Below, in pieces: positions 40,365 to 50,402 of a DNA stretch of 64,000 nt. The translations under genes were made by a program, and so were the position numbers. Below the pieces are notes generated by a model. The model was not told where the DNA came from, did no database searches, and saw only the letters and a program-made list of their open reading frames with translations. This DNA comes from Candidatus Bathyarchaeota archaeon (GTDB taxonomy: Archaea > Thermoproteota > Bathyarchaeia > Bathyarchaeales > Bathycorpusculaceae). Numbering within the stretch: position 1 is the first letter of the stretch; each line of letters starts with the position of its first letter. Where the stretch lies: NCBI GenBank assembly GCA_963828195.1, contig CAWHDT010000007.1:160001-224000 (forward strand), given 5' to 3'.

Positions 40365-42491
40365 ATGAAAAGAGCTTTCGCAGCGGGATTTATTATTGCG
40401 ATTCTATGTTTTTCGATGATCGTTGTTTTCGCGAAAACGGGTTTGGCCAACGCCCAACAAAGTCCAGTCATTACTTCGGTTAGTCCGATTTCGTCGGCGC
40501 TTGTGCAGAATATAACTATTCAAGGTAGTGGCTTCGGAAATGTTCAGCCTCAACTTTTGAGTTTGGGTGACGGGTCTGTTGATACCGTTTGGGGTGGGTC
40601 TACACCGAGCATCGTTGTTTATGATGAACGCAATTTGCTCTCTGCTGGAGCCACAGGGAATTGGTCAGGTTTCACGAATGGACCTCCCGACCTTATCGGC
40701 GTCGTCCTTGTAAGTTGGACGGATACACAAATAGTCTTAGGAGGCTTTGGTTCTGGCCTCAACTCGCAGTTTTCATGGAGTCAAGTTTCTCAAGGAGATA
40801 CCTTACAAATACAAATTCAGACTGCCAGCGGAGTTGAAACGTACGACACTGTTGCCGGTTCAAGCCAACCCAATCAAAATCCCACTTCCAGCTCCACCAG
40901 TTCGCCAGTTTTAATTTCTTCAGTAAGTCCCATCTCTGCTACGCTATTGCAGACCATAACCATCAAAGGCAGTGGCTTCGGAAGTACCCAGCCTCAACTT
41001 CTTAATTTAGGCGACGGGTCAGTAGATACTGTTGGTGGAGGCGCCACTCCCGTGATAAGAATTTATGATGAAAGCGGTTCATCCAATTGGGAAGCAGGCG
41101 TCCAGGATTCTCCCAATTCGGGTGCGGATTCGATTGGCGTGATATTAACGAGTTGGTCAAACACTGAAATAGTCTTGGGAGGCTTCGGAACCGCACTTAA
41201 CACAAACGGTCAAGGTCAATGGAACCTTTCGCCGGGAGACCCCCTGCTGATTGCGGTGCTGACTGCCAACGGACAAGCAGCATACACAACTACTGTTGTC
41301 TCAAGTCAATCGAATCAAAATCCCGCTGGAGCGCCACCCGTTATCTCATCGGTAAGTCCGGTTTCGGCAGCTCGGTTGCAGACCATAACTATTCAAGGCA
41401 GCGGTTTTGGGAATACCCAGCCCCAACTCATGAATCTGACTGACGGATCCGTAGACACCATCGTCGGCGGCACCGCTCCTGTAATAAGAATATATGATGA
41501 GGCGGGCTTGGACAGTTGGGAGGCAGGCTGCACAGACTCGCAATTTGTGCCCAAAGATATGATTGGCATTTACCTGACAAGTTGGTCAGATAATGAAATA
41601 GTTTTAGGCGGCTTCGGAACAGAACTAAACGTCAACGGTCAAGAACCCTCGAACATTAACCCGGGCGATCCACTAATAATTGATGTAGTGACTTCTAACG
41701 GGCAGACCGCGTACACTACCACGGCTGTTTCAAGTCAATCTGGCCAAAATTCAACTTCAAGTCCAGTTTCTACCGCGAATCCGCCGACCCCAACTCTAAC
41801 TGTCTCATGCCAAAGCTCCGCAACGCTCTCAAACTTCATGGTGGAAATTAGCGGCAACTTAACATCTGATGGGGCAGGGTTGCAGGGTTTGCCGATTTTG
41901 CTCTCCTATAGCGTTGACGGAGGAACCACTTGGAACGAACTTACCACGGTGAACACAGACAATAACGGAAACTTTTTGGCAGTTTGGATGCCCTCGGTCA
42001 CGGGAAATTACCTGTTGACGGCTGAATGGGCAGGAGACACAAATTACATTGAAACCAGCACGACAATTAATTTTGCAGTCTTGCCATTTGGAGAGCAAAG
42101 CGTTTTCTCGGTGACGTCAAACTCGACAATATCCGCGCTTGCCTTCAACTCAACGAGCGGAGAACTGGATTTCACAGTCAACGGACCCGAAGGCACAACA
42201 GGATACTGCGATGTTTATATTCCCACATCGTTAATCAGCGACATCTCAGACCTAACCGCGTCTCTGAACGGAAACCCAATAACATACAATGTGGAGTCCA
42301 TTGGGAATGCTTGGCTGGTATCCTTCAGCTACCAAACAGGCACTAACAATGTTGCACTGGGAATGAATGCTGCGGATTCATTTGCGGTAAACGGTAACCA
42401 ACTTGCGCAATGGATTCCCTATGGAGTTATAATTGTATTGATAGCTGTAATCGCGGTTTTGTTGGTTGCCAGAAAAACAAAAAAATTATAA
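40365..42491 (+). CDS. Cell-surface protein with three IPT/TIG-like repeats, Ig-like domain and C-terminal TM
   Basis: Signal peptide; ISSVSPIS..TITIxGSGFG..SWSxxEIVLGGFG three times; TM plus basic tail. Confidence 0.85.
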   Translation: MKRAFAAGFIIAILCFSMIVVFAKTGLANAQQSPVITSVSPISSALVQNITIQGSGFGNVQPQLLSLGDGSVDTVWGGSTPSIVVYDERNLLSAGATGNWSGFTNGPPDLIGVVLVSWTDTQIVLGGFGSGLNSQFSWSQVSQGDTLQIQIQTASGVETYDTVAGSSQPNQNPTSSSTSSPVLISSVSPISATLLQTITIKGSGFGSTQPQLLNLGDGSVDTVGGGATPVIRIYDESGSSNWEAGVQDSPNSGADSIGVILTSWSNTEIVLGGFGTALNTNGQGQWNLSPGDPLLIAVLTANGQAAYTTTVVSSQSNQNPAGAPPVISSVSPVSAARLQTITIQGSGFGNTQPQLMNLTDGSVDTIVGGTAPVIRIYDEAGLDSWEAGCTDSQFVPKDMIGIYLTSWSDNEIVLGGFGTELNVNGQEPSNINPGDPLIIDVVTSNGQTAYTTTAVSSQSGQNSTSSPVSTANPPTPTLTVSCQSSATLSNFMVEISGNLTSDGAGLQGLPILLSYSVDGGTTWNELTTVNTDNNGNFLAVWMPSVTGNYLLTAEWAGDTNYIETSTTINFAVLPFGEQSVFSVTSNSTISALAFNSTSGELDFTVNGPEGTTGYCDVYIPTSLISDISDLTASLNGNPITYNVESIGNAWLVSFSYQTGTNNVALGMNAADSFAVNGNQLAQWIPYGVIIVLIAVIAVLLVARKTKKL

Positions 42492-42563
42492 GTCCATAAC
42501 CAACATGATGGCTTGGACGATGCGAAGCGCAATGCTATATGGATGGGGCGTGAACCCGCTTGA

Positions 42564-42585
42564 GGTTCAAGTTCGACTCGACCCA
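42564..42585 (+). mobile_element. Degenerate tRNA-Val 3'-end duplication
   Basis: GGTTCAAGTTCGACTCGACCCA, 19/22 to the tRNA. Confidence 0.65.
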
Positions 42586-42743
42586 GATTCATAGACCTAT
42601 CGTGACGACACGGTGAAGTTAGCTGAAGAAGGAGTAAAGAAACGCGCTTTTACTTCCATTGCAGGTGTGGCTGTTTACTCACAGTCACACATCTTAAAAT
42701 AAAGCCTCATACGCTCAAAATAAACTAGCGAAAGTGAGAAACA

Positions 42744-43523
42744 ATGACAGGAAAGACCTTGATAGTTTTTTCAACAATAAGGGGATTAAACGATGAGGCA
42801 GCACATGTCATAGCTGATGTGCTCAAAGCAACCTACAGCATGGATGTAACTGTCGAAGACCTTGGAAAGGGTCCACTAGACATCACACCATTCCAAAACA
42901 TTATCGTTGGTGGCGGTGGGGGTGGAAAAAACGTTTACGATGAAGCTGTGGATTTTTTGGCGAAGGACTTTGGAGGCAAAAATGTTGCGCTCTACTTCCT
43001 CTGCGAGGGTGGAGAAACCCCGAAAGCGGAGAGTACTGAAGCCAACCAAAAAAAACTATTGTCCAAAAACAAGACTCTCAAGCCTATCGACGTTGCTGCC
43101 TTTGGAGGCTGCCAGATTAGCCAAAATAGAATGGTTATGGATGATCAAAACACGAGTAAGGTGAAGGAGTGGGCGATAGAGCTGGGAAAGAAGCTTAATG
43201 CGGAATCCCAACCGCCAAACCTGCTCAAGACCGTTCCCTCCGAATACAGCTTTCAATTTTTCACAGAACTCGAAAAAAACACTGGAATAACTTCAAGAAG
43301 CACTGTTGAGTTCGCCGAAAAACTCCAAACTATACCCAGTAAGTCCGTTAACTTTCATTTTCAGCGTCAAGATTTTCAAAGATGGTTCATAACCAGTATT
43401 GGGGATGAAGAACTAGCCAAGAGAATTGACCAGATTAACATATGGGTCAACGACGAAGAAAACTTGAGGAAAGAGATAGCCGAAAAAGTTCAAACCCGCA
43501 TCACTGAATTAACGAAATCTTAA
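42744..43523 (+). CDS. Flavodoxin-like domain fused to DUF5752-like domain
   Basis: KTLIVFST..IIVGG..AFGG; C-terminal FQFFTE..FHFQRQDFQRW..IGDEELA. Confidence 0.7.
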   Translation: MTGKTLIVFSTIRGLNDEAAHVIADVLKATYSMDVTVEDLGKGPLDITPFQNIIVGGGGGGKNVYDEAVDFLAKDFGGKNVALYFLCEGGETPKAESTEANQKKLLSKNKTLKPIDVAAFGGCQISQNRMVMDDQNTSKVKEWAIELGKKLNAESQPPNLLKTVPSEYSFQFFTELEKNTGITSRSTVEFAEKLQTIPSKSVNFHFQRQDFQRWFITSIGDEELAKRIDQINIWVNDEENLRKEIAEKVQTRITELTKS

Positions 43524-43595
43524 CCCCAGATTTCGTTCCTGCGAATTGAAAATGCGTTGCACATAAAACAAATCGCGCGCGCTTTGGGCAAGCAT

Positions 43596-43610
43596 GGCTC
43601 GGCCCACTTT
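43596..43610 (+). mobile_element. Exact 15-bp tRNA-Val 3'-end duplication (attR-like)
   Basis: GGCTCGGCCCACTTT identical to 40066-40080. Confidence 0.75.
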
Positions 43611-43619
43611 TACTCAAAT

Positions 43620-44906
43620 TTAAAAAATAATATTTTTTTCAAATAATTTTGCGGCAGTTTCGATGAGTTCTGTTTCGTTGTTCACGGCGGCTTGGCGAAA
43701 GTTCTCCACAACAGGCAAAAACATCTTTTTCAGCATGATACTGGTTAAGTCGCTGACGATCTTTCTTTGGCGCTCATCCAACCCATCTAGCATGCTTAGG
43801 GCTTTGGCAAGTTCTCTTTGGCGGCTTTCCTCAACCTGCGACAACAAAACAGAAATAATTTCCTGCACCGAATATTCTTTTGCAGCTCCCTCAAGCATTG
43901 CAAGTTCATTGTCAACGATTTTAAGGGCATCCTGCGTGCTTTTCTGACGCTCCAGCTTGTTGCGCTCAGTAATTGACGTTAAGTCATCGAGGTTGTAGAG
44001 CTTCACATTAGGCAACTCCTTGAGGGATTCTTCGACGTTTCTGGGGTTAGAAATATCAATTACCAAAAGACCATTTTTGTTTTTTCTCGCCACGGTAAGC
44101 CTAGAAACCAGGTCCTTTGTTAACAGATAATGAGGTGCAGAAGTTGAACAGAAAACCACATCGGCGTCCACAAGCACCTCTCCTAACTTGTCAAACGTGA
44201 CGGCTTTGCCGCCCAGCTCCTCAGCCAAACGCAACGCCCGCTCGTAGGTTCTGTTCGCGATAAACACCGGGTTAAGGCAGCGTCGAGCCATGGCTTTAGC
44301 GACAAGAGTGCCAGTTTCGCCAGCCCCCATGATGAGGATTTTCTTTTCGTTGAGGCTTCCCAGCAGTTTTTCGGCGAGCTCCACCGCCGCCGAGCCCGCG
44401 GAAACAGCGCCTTTGCTAATTCCTGTTTCACGCCTCACACGTCTTCCAACATTTACCGCCCGATTAAACACGAGATTAAGAACTGGACCCGCCGCCTTTG
44501 CGTTTTCGGCTTCAAGGTAAGCCTTCCAAACCTGGTTTATAACCTGGTCTTCGCCGACAACCATCGATTCCAGACCGGAAGTTACCCGCAAAAGATGGCG
44601 AAGTGCATCGTGATTAACTGCGTACTCGATTGCTTTGTCTGCCTCCGCAGAGTGCGCTGACGCGCGGTTCGCCAAATATTCCACCGCGGATTTGACGGTC
44701 TTATCCCCATGTTCACTTACGAGATAAAGTTCGACACGATTGCACGTTTGGATAAGCACCGATTCCTGGGCGCCATCAAGTAGGCGTATGTCTTCGTATG
44801 CATTCGCCTTATCCTTAAACGAGACAGCTTCCAAAAGCGGCACACGCGCCGTCTTGTGAGTGACCCTAACGTTTACTATGTCAAAAGGTTTAGCGGAGGA
44901 TTGCAT
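43620..44906 (-). CDS. hemA: Glutamyl-tRNA reductase
   Basis: TCNRVE, GLESMVVGEDQ, GAGETG, DISNPRNV. Confidence 0.95.
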   Translation of the reverse strand: MQSSAKPFDIVNVRVTHKTARVPLLEAVSFKDKANAYEDIRLLDGAQESVLIQTCNRVELYLVSEHGDKTVKSAVEYLANRASAHSAEADKAIEYAVNHDALRHLLRVTSGLESMVVGEDQVINQVWKAYLEAENAKAAGPVLNLVFNRAVNVGRRVRRETGISKGAVSAGSAAVELAEKLLGSLNEKKILIMGAGETGTLVAKAMARRCLNPVFIANRTYERALRLAEELGGKAVTFDKLGEVLVDADVVFCSTSAPHYLLTKDLVSRLTVARKNKNGLLVIDISNPRNVEESLKELPNVKLYNLDDLTSITERNKLERQKSTQDALKIVDNELAMLEGAAKEYSVQEIISVLLSQVEESRQRELAKALSMLDGLDERQRKIVSDLTSIMLKKMFLPVVENFRQAAVNNETELIETAAKLFEKNIIF

Positions 44907-44908
44907 TG

Positions 44909-45880
44909 TTAGATGAAACCCCCTGCTTCAGCCTTGATCGCGGACTCCCCCATGACTAGCTGCGAAGAACTCCAAGTGTCTTCCACTATTTGCTCTATAC
45001 CCTGCAGCACCAAAGCCAACTTTTGCCCTTTAAAGGTGAAACCATAAACTTTCGGCGTTCTCCTTGCAAACACCAGTTTTTTGCCCTTCAAGCATCTAAG
45101 ATAAATGTAGATTCTTCTCATGCACAAGCCAGTTTCTTTTACAAGCTTCCCCGCGGAAATTCCTTCGTCCGCAATCGCACCATAGATTCTTTGTTCTGCA
45201 CTCGTTAAGGTCTCTTTTGTTGAGTCTCTTTTGGTCCTGAAGAAAAATATGTAATCGTTTGCCTTGGGGGTTTCTATCAGACCTACTGAACGCAGGCGTT
45301 TGAGGGTTCGGGAAACAGCTTTTGTGGGGATCAACTCATTTATTTCTGCGAACGTTTTAGGTCCCGAGAGAAAGGATTCTAAAAGAGACTCTTCGTAGCA
45401 TTCTGAGTCTGTCGGCAGCTTAACGGCGAATTCGGGGAAGCACCCGAGCAACTCCATCAATCTTCCGCCGAAGCCAGTTGCGCAGTATTCGTCTCTTGCA
45501 GAGTTGGCAGCTAAGCCCACCCCGATTAAAGGGCGCAGGTATTCTTTGACGAGGTTGCTTTGGCTATAGCTGTACCCGCCTTGTTTTAGTTCCCGTTGAA
45601 GTTGGCTTACGGAGTATCTGCCGTTTACAATTGCCTGCAGGATGAGAAGTCTTGTTTGGTTTTTTAGCACGTTGAAGAGTTCTTTCATGTAGTTGGGGTT
45701 ATTCATTGTTTCTCTGATGCGTCGAAGCTCGTTTTTCAGCTTGTATACTCGGCATCTGTTTATGCATTCTAAGGGAGTTATTGGGGAGCATTTTCTGCAT
45801 TGGGCTTCAAGCGACTTCAGCATTCCTGACAAGTCATGGTTGCTTTCGGTTTTCTGCGTCGGCGACAGGACAGTTATCAT
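44909..45880 (-). CDS. Multi-wHTH putative regulator with N-terminal 4-Cys motif
   Basis: CRKCSPITPLECINRC; ArsR-like LFNVLKNQTRLLIL; further HTH-like segments. Confidence 0.7.
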   Translation of the reverse strand: MITVLSPTQKTESNHDLSGMLKSLEAQCRKCSPITPLECINRCRVYKLKNELRRIRETMNNPNYMKELFNVLKNQTRLLILQAIVNGRYSVSQLQRELKQGGYSYSQSNLVKEYLRPLIGVGLAANSARDEYCATGFGGRLMELLGCFPEFAVKLPTDSECYEESLLESFLSGPKTFAEINELIPTKAVSRTLKRLRSVGLIETPKANDYIFFFRTKRDSTKETLTSAEQRIYGAIADEGISAGKLVKETGLCMRRIYIYLRCLKGKKLVFARRTPKVYGFTFKGQKLALVLQGIEQIVEDTWSSSQLVMGESAIKAEAGGFI

Positions 45881-45989
45881 TGGTATTTCTCCTGTTCGGC
45901 ATTTGCGTTTGGTGGGGAGTCCGTGGTCATCGAGTTTCCTCCTGTGAAGATTAATTGTGTTGATGTAAAAGCGTTCTCGTAAGTAATTG

Positions 45990-46023
45990 TTGACTAAAAC
46001 TTAGTCAAACTTTCTTGACTAAG
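45990..46023. promoter_or_regulatory. Palindromic operator candidate
   Basis: TTGACTAA-AAC-TTAGTCAA plus a third half-site TTGACTAAG. Confidence 0.65.
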
Positions 46024-46034
46024 ATTCTACGCAT

Positions 46035-46190
46035 ATTTATGCCAAAAAACAATCACAAAAAGAAAAAACCAAAGAAGAAGAAGAAAAACGCTTTTTCTAG
46101 GCTTCTTCTTCTTTTGAATAATTTTGCCAAGAAGAAGAACAACAGTTGTTTTCTGGGTGTTGTTGTTCTTTTAAAATTAAAAATTGGTAA
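46035..46190 (-). repeat. Dispersed palindromic repeat, copy C
   Basis: Reverse complement TTACCAATTTTTAATTTTAAAAGAACAACAACACCCAGAAAACAACTGTTGTTCTTCTTCTTGGCAAAATTATTCAAAAGAAGAAGAA. Confidence 0.88.
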
Positions 46191-46245
46191 CAAAACGAGC
46201 TACAAAAATGGCGTTGAAAAAGTGAGCCGGCTTGATAAGAAACTT

Positions 46246-46656
46246 TTATTCATTGTTACTTATAGCTGTCGGATTATTGTTTTGTTGTGGCTTCTGTTTT
46301 CTTAGGTCTGTTGCGCAGTAGGGGCAGAAGTTGTTTTCTGAGGAGATTGTTTTGTTGCAGACGGGACAGTTTTTCGCTGTGGCTGACAGGGCTTTTGTTG
46401 AACTTGTTAGTAGCCTGTAGCCTTTGCCGTCCATGTATAGCTTCTTGTAGAATCCTACTTCTCGCTCACATTGAAGCCGGCAAAACCAAGAAACTGGAAA
46501 GGCACACAGCAACGTTGCCGTTAGTATTAAATCGGAAGGTTGCTTAAGCCAAGTTAAAACTAACAACAGCAGTATCCCCATTGACACGTAGGGTAAACCT
46601 AGAAAGGCTTTGACTAAACGATAAATTGATTTTAAACCTCTATTTACCGGATTCAC
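46246..46656 (-). CDS. Membrane protein with C-terminal Zn ribbon
   Basis: Two TMs; CPVC..FCPYC. Confidence 0.7.
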   Translation of the reverse strand: MNPVNRGLKSIYRLVKAFLGLPYVSMGILLLLVLTWLKQPSDLILTATLLCAFPVSWFCRLQCEREVGFYKKLYMDGKGYRLLTSSTKALSATAKNCPVCNKTISSENNFCPYCATDLRKQKPQQNNNPTAISNNE

Positions 46657-46659
46657 CGT

Positions 46660-46929
46660 TCAGCTCTCCCGTAGAGGAAGCTCTTGTTTTTCCGTTGCCA
46701 AACCCGCATCCGCCTGCACCTCAGGTTTATGCGTCAATATTAGTGCACCTAAAATGATTGTTCCGACTCCCAAAATAATAAACACTGCTGGAGCAAGTCC
46801 ACCGTTCATGGAATAGATGTTATCGACCAAACCCCATATGACTGAACCGCTGATAACTACTCCAATCAGAATAATAACAAACCCGCCAAGCAAATTATCC
46901 CTATGCTCTTCTTCTTTTTCATTTGACAT
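46660..46929 (-). CDS. Small two-TM membrane protein
   Basis: Two hydrophobic helices. Confidence 0.65.
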   Translation of the reverse strand: MSNEKEEEHRDNLLGGFVIILIGVVISGSVIWGLVDNIYSMNGGLAPAVFIILGVGTIILGALILTHKPEVQADAGLATEKQELPLRES

Positions 46930-46980
46930 TTAGCCGAAACTTCTTCCCAACGCATTATGGTAAACTAAATCCCTTAAGGA

Positions 46981-47613
46981 CTATAAATCACTTTTTTGGC
47001 AAAAACGCTGTTCGTACCATTCCGCAAACTTCCGTAAAGCAATTGCCCTGTGCGAAAACCCATTTTTTTCTTCAATAGTCATCTCCGCGAAAGTTTTGCC
47101 GCTTGAATCTGGCTGGAAAATGGGGTCAAAGCCGAAGGCTGATTTGCCATATTGTTTGCGTTCAGTTAAAGTTATTTCGCCGCAGGCTTCGCCTCTGAAA
47201 CATTCGGGCACACAGCTGTTTTCGTCACAGTACGCTATGACGGACTCGAACTTTGCTCCTCTATCATGCACATTCTCCATTAACCGCAGTATACCTTCGT
47301 TGTGAATTGTTTTGTACACGTAAGCCGCGTAAGGACCGGGAAAACCGCTTAAAGCATCAATGAATAAGCCTGCGTCCTCAACAAAAATTGGCAAGCGGAT
47401 TCGTTTAAACGCGTTTGCTGCGCTTGTTTGGGCGATTTCTTTTAGGCTGTCGCTCTGTATCTCGTCTCCTTTCACGCGGAGCATTGCAACTGCAAAGCCG
47501 TAGCTGCTAAGGATGCTTCGGGCTTCGTTGAATTTGTTGATGTTGCCTGTGGCAAAAAACACAACTTTGCCATTTGGGTTGCAGGTTTGGTTACTGTTTT
47601 CTTTCTTCGACAT
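46981..47613 (-). CDS. rdgB: XTP/dITP diphosphatase (Ham1)
   Basis: ATGNINK, EDAGL, GFPGPY, FGFDPIF, SHR. Confidence 0.95.
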   Translation of the reverse strand: MSKKENSNQTCNPNGKVVFFATGNINKFNEARSILSSYGFAVAMLRVKGDEIQSDSLKEIAQTSAANAFKRIRLPIFVEDAGLFIDALSGFPGPYAAYVYKTIHNEGILRLMENVHDRGAKFESVIAYCDENSCVPECFRGEACGEITLTERKQYGKSAFGFDPIFQPDSSGKTFAEMTIEEKNGFSHRAIALRKFAEWYEQRFCQKSDL

Positions 47614-48250
47614 AGCGGCCACGCCTCTCTATCTCCTTTATCTTCTCATAAACCTTTTCCGCTGTTTCCAAGCCCAGAACCGAAGAGTAACCGCAAAGTA
47701 CAGCTTTGAAGCATTCTTCCCAGAACTGGAAATGCGTACTCTGCAGCGCCCGCTTCATTAAATGCAAATCCACCCCCTGCGCTTCCAGTTCATTGTTTTT
47801 TTCGCCCAAACCGAAGTCAACAAAAAAGATTTTTCCTTCAGGGTTCAGAATCATATTTGATGTTGTTAGGTCGCCGTGGATTAAGCCTTGCCTGTGAAGT
47901 TGACCGATTAATTCGCCGATTGAAACGCATAATTTCTGCTTTTTCTCTGAGGGCATCTTGTTTAGCAACTGTTTAATCTGTTGCCCTTCCACAAACTCCA
48001 TCGTGATTGATGCTTCAGCCACGTTAACCATGTATATCAGCGGAGTCGGGACACCAGCCGCTTTGGCTTCATGCATCAGCTGAGGCTCATGTACTGTCCT
48101 GTAACTTCGAATTTGCTTATCTAAAGCTTCGGGACGGTACCTTTTTGGGATCCGAACCTTAGTCACTACTTTTCTTCCGTGCCAATCAGAAACGTAGAGG
48201 CTGGCTTCAGCCCCCTTCCTAAACAGCGTTTGCTCAGCTACTGTATCCAT
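47591..48250 (-). CDS. bud32: KEOPS kinase Bud32
   Basis: GAEA, HGDLTTSN, DFGL, RRGRY. Confidence 0.95.
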   Translation of the reverse strand: MDTVAEQTLFRKGAEASLYVSDWHGRKVVTKVRIPKRYRPEALDKQIRSYRTVHEPQLMHEAKAAGVPTPLIYMVNVAEASITMEFVEGQQIKQLLNKMPSEKKQKLCVSIGELIGQLHRQGLIHGDLTTSNMILNPEGKIFFVDFGLGEKNNELEAQGVDLHLMKRALQSTHFQFWEECFKAVLCGYSSVLGLETAEKVYEKIKEIERRGRYVEERKQ

Positions 48251-49272
48251 GGCACATCCACCTTGTCCACCCGCCAACGAAGCTTCACAAAGCTTTCATC
48301 CAAAGGCGTAACCAACCCATGCCCATAAGCTAAAACACCAGTCCAAGCAATCATGGCGCCGTTGTCAGTCGCAAATTCAAGCGGAACCACGCTGAAGCGT
48401 GCATCATGCTCCTCCGCGACGATATTTAGCATGGTTTGTAACCTTTTATTGGCTGCCACGCCGCCCGTTAAAAGAACCTCCTTCTTCTCGGTATGAGCCA
48501 ACGCGCGTTCAGTAACTTCTGTAACCATCGAAAAAGCGTTCTCCTGAAGACTATAACACAAATCTTCCAAACTGCATTCGCCCTTGTGCAGAAGAGCTGT
48601 CGCTGCGGTTAACAAGCCGCTGAGAGATAGATCCATGCCCTTCACAACATAAGGCAAAGAGACAAAATTTTTACCGTTAGCTGCCAGGTGCTCCACGGCA
48701 GCCCCAAGAGGCAAACCCTTCTGATTTCTAAGACCCGCTTCTCGGGCAAAAACGTCTAAACAGTTCCCAAGCGCAATATCTAAGGTTTCGCCGAAAACCC
48801 TGTAGCGGCCAGCCTCAAAAGCCGTGACCATGGTGTTTCCGCCTGAAGCGTAGAGAGTGACGGGGTCAACAACCCCAGTTTTTAGTTTTCCAACCTCAAT
48901 GTGTGCCACAGAATGGTTTACGCCGACGAGCGGAAGCATCAGGTAGGACGCCAAAGCTCTGGCGACAGTAGCGCCTGTTCGCAAAGACGGTCCTAAGCCG
49001 GGACCTTGAGAAAACGCGATAACAGACAAATCACTTGGTTTAACGTTCGCCGCCTTTAAAGCGTCGCTTAAGACTTTATCAGCTACTTCAGAGTGGTGCC
49101 TTGCTGCTTCTCTGGGGTGGATTCCGCCTTCCGCTGGTATGTAGCTGTCCGATTGGTTGGCAAGTATTTCTCCCTCGAACGTTGCTATCCCGACGCCGAA
49201 ATCGTCTGCTGAGGATTCTATGCCTAAACAGTACTTTTCGCCTTTTTGCTGTTTGCTCTGCATGTTTTTCAT
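48238..49272 (-). CDS. kae1: KEOPS t6A transferase Kae1
   Basis: GIESSAD, GGIHP, GPGLGP, NHSVAH, TDNGAMIA. Confidence 0.95.
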   Translation of the reverse strand: MKNMQSKQQKGEKYCLGIESSADDFGVGIATFEGEILANQSDSYIPAEGGIHPREAARHHSEVADKVLSDALKAANVKPSDLSVIAFSQGPGLGPSLRTGATVARALASYLMLPLVGVNHSVAHIEVGKLKTGVVDPVTLYASGGNTMVTAFEAGRYRVFGETLDIALGNCLDVFAREAGLRNQKGLPLGAAVEHLAANGKNFVSLPYVVKGMDLSLSGLLTAATALLHKGECSLEDLCYSLQENAFSMVTEVTERALAHTEKKEVLLTGGVAANKRLQTMLNIVAEEHDARFSVVPLEFATDNGAMIAWTGVLAYGHGLVTPLDESFVKLRWRVDKVDVPWIQ

Positions 49273-49354
49273 GGATTCCACATTTTTTGGGGGATACATA
49301 TTTTTATCTGGATTCAACGCTTATATTCTAATTGCATTATTTGGATTTGATCAG

Positions 49355-49795
49355 ATGCCTAAACGTAATGACCTTGAACAGAAAGCACTCCATTATGTAG
49401 TCAACACGGGTTATCAAGGTGTGCTTCAATCAGATTTATGGCGTGAACTGGGCGCGAGCAGCCGGGAGGGTTCACGTGTCTCCATTAAACTGGAGGAAAA
49501 AGGGTTAATTCGCAGAGAAAAAGAACTGCAGGAAGGAAGATGGACATATCGTCTTTACCCCAAAAGGCTTCCCGCATCAATAGAAACCATCAATGACTGC
49601 CCATGCCTGCTCTGCCCAGACAATGAACGATGTGACCCAACAACTGCGCTTTCGCCTAAAAGCTGCCCTAAACTTACCGATTGGATACTTGGCTTAGGGA
49701 AAGAAGCCACTGCATCTCCCGCCGTTCCAAGCGCGCCAAGCGAACCGAGCACACCAGAGGATGATTCACTTGCCGAAAGCCTGGATTCAAGATAG
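49355..49795 (+). CDS. TFE beta / RPC34-like wHTH + FeS protein
   Basis: GVLQSDLWRELG wHTH; CLLC..C..SPKSCPKL. Confidence 0.8.
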   Translation: MPKRNDLEQKALHYVVNTGYQGVLQSDLWRELGASSREGSRVSIKLEEKGLIRREKELQEGRWTYRLYPKRLPASIETINDCPCLLCPDNERCDPTTALSPKSCPKLTDWILGLGKEATASPAVPSAPSEPSTPEDDSLAESLDSR

Positions 49796-50402
49796 AAAAC
49801 GAGAGTACTACTACAAAAAAGCCAAAGAAGAAAACTACCGCTCCCGAGCCACATACAAGCTAGTTCAAGCCAACGAGAAATACGGGTTTATACGAAGAAA
49901 CGATGTAGTGGTCGATTTAGGCGCTGCACCAGGCGGCTGGATTCAAGCAGCAAGGAAAATGACTGGAAAAAACGGTTACGTTTTAGGCGTCGATTTAAAA
50001 CCAATAGACCCATTCACTCAGGAGTATATTCGAACTATAATTGCCGATTTTACTGAGTCGGATATCGTGGATCAAATACGTTCTTTTTTGCCTCGTGAAG
50101 CAGACGTGGTGCTTTCTGACGCTGCACCAAACATCACTGGCGTTTGGGAAGTTGACCATGCAAAACAAATTGATTTAGCAACCAAAGCGTTAGAAATAGC
50201 CCAATGCATACTGAAGCCGTCAGGAAACTTTTTTGTTAAACTTTTCGAAGGCGAAATGTTCAACGGCTTCATTTTGACTGTGAAGGATCTCTTTGATTCA
50301 GTGAAGATAGTTAAGCCTCAGGCTAGCAGACAAAAAAGCTCGGAGATGTACCTTTTGGCTTTAGGCTTGAAATCTATGGGCAAATGCAAAGATGAAATCT
50401 AG
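49770..50402 (+). CDS. rlmE: 23S rRNA Um2552 methyltransferase
   Basis: YRSRA.YKL, DLGAAPGGW, SDAAPN, KPQASR..SSE. Confidence 0.93.
   Translation: MPKAWIQDRKREYYYKKAKEENYRSRATYKLVQANEKYGFIRRNDVVVDLGAAPGGWIQAARKMTGKNGYVLGVDLKPIDPFTQEYIRTIIADFTESDIVDQIRSFLPREADVVLSDAAPNITGVWEVDHAKQIDLATKALEIAQCILKPSGNFFVKLFEGEMFNGFILTVKDLFDSVKIVKPQASRQKSSEMYLLALGLKSMGKCKDEI

Noticed and set aside
39614-46305. ORFs 39614-39943, 39610-39798 and 46015-46305; two share the peptide LLLLNNFAKKKNNSCF
   Set aside because: By-products of the non-coding repeat; similarity is confined to it and the frame is not kept in other copies
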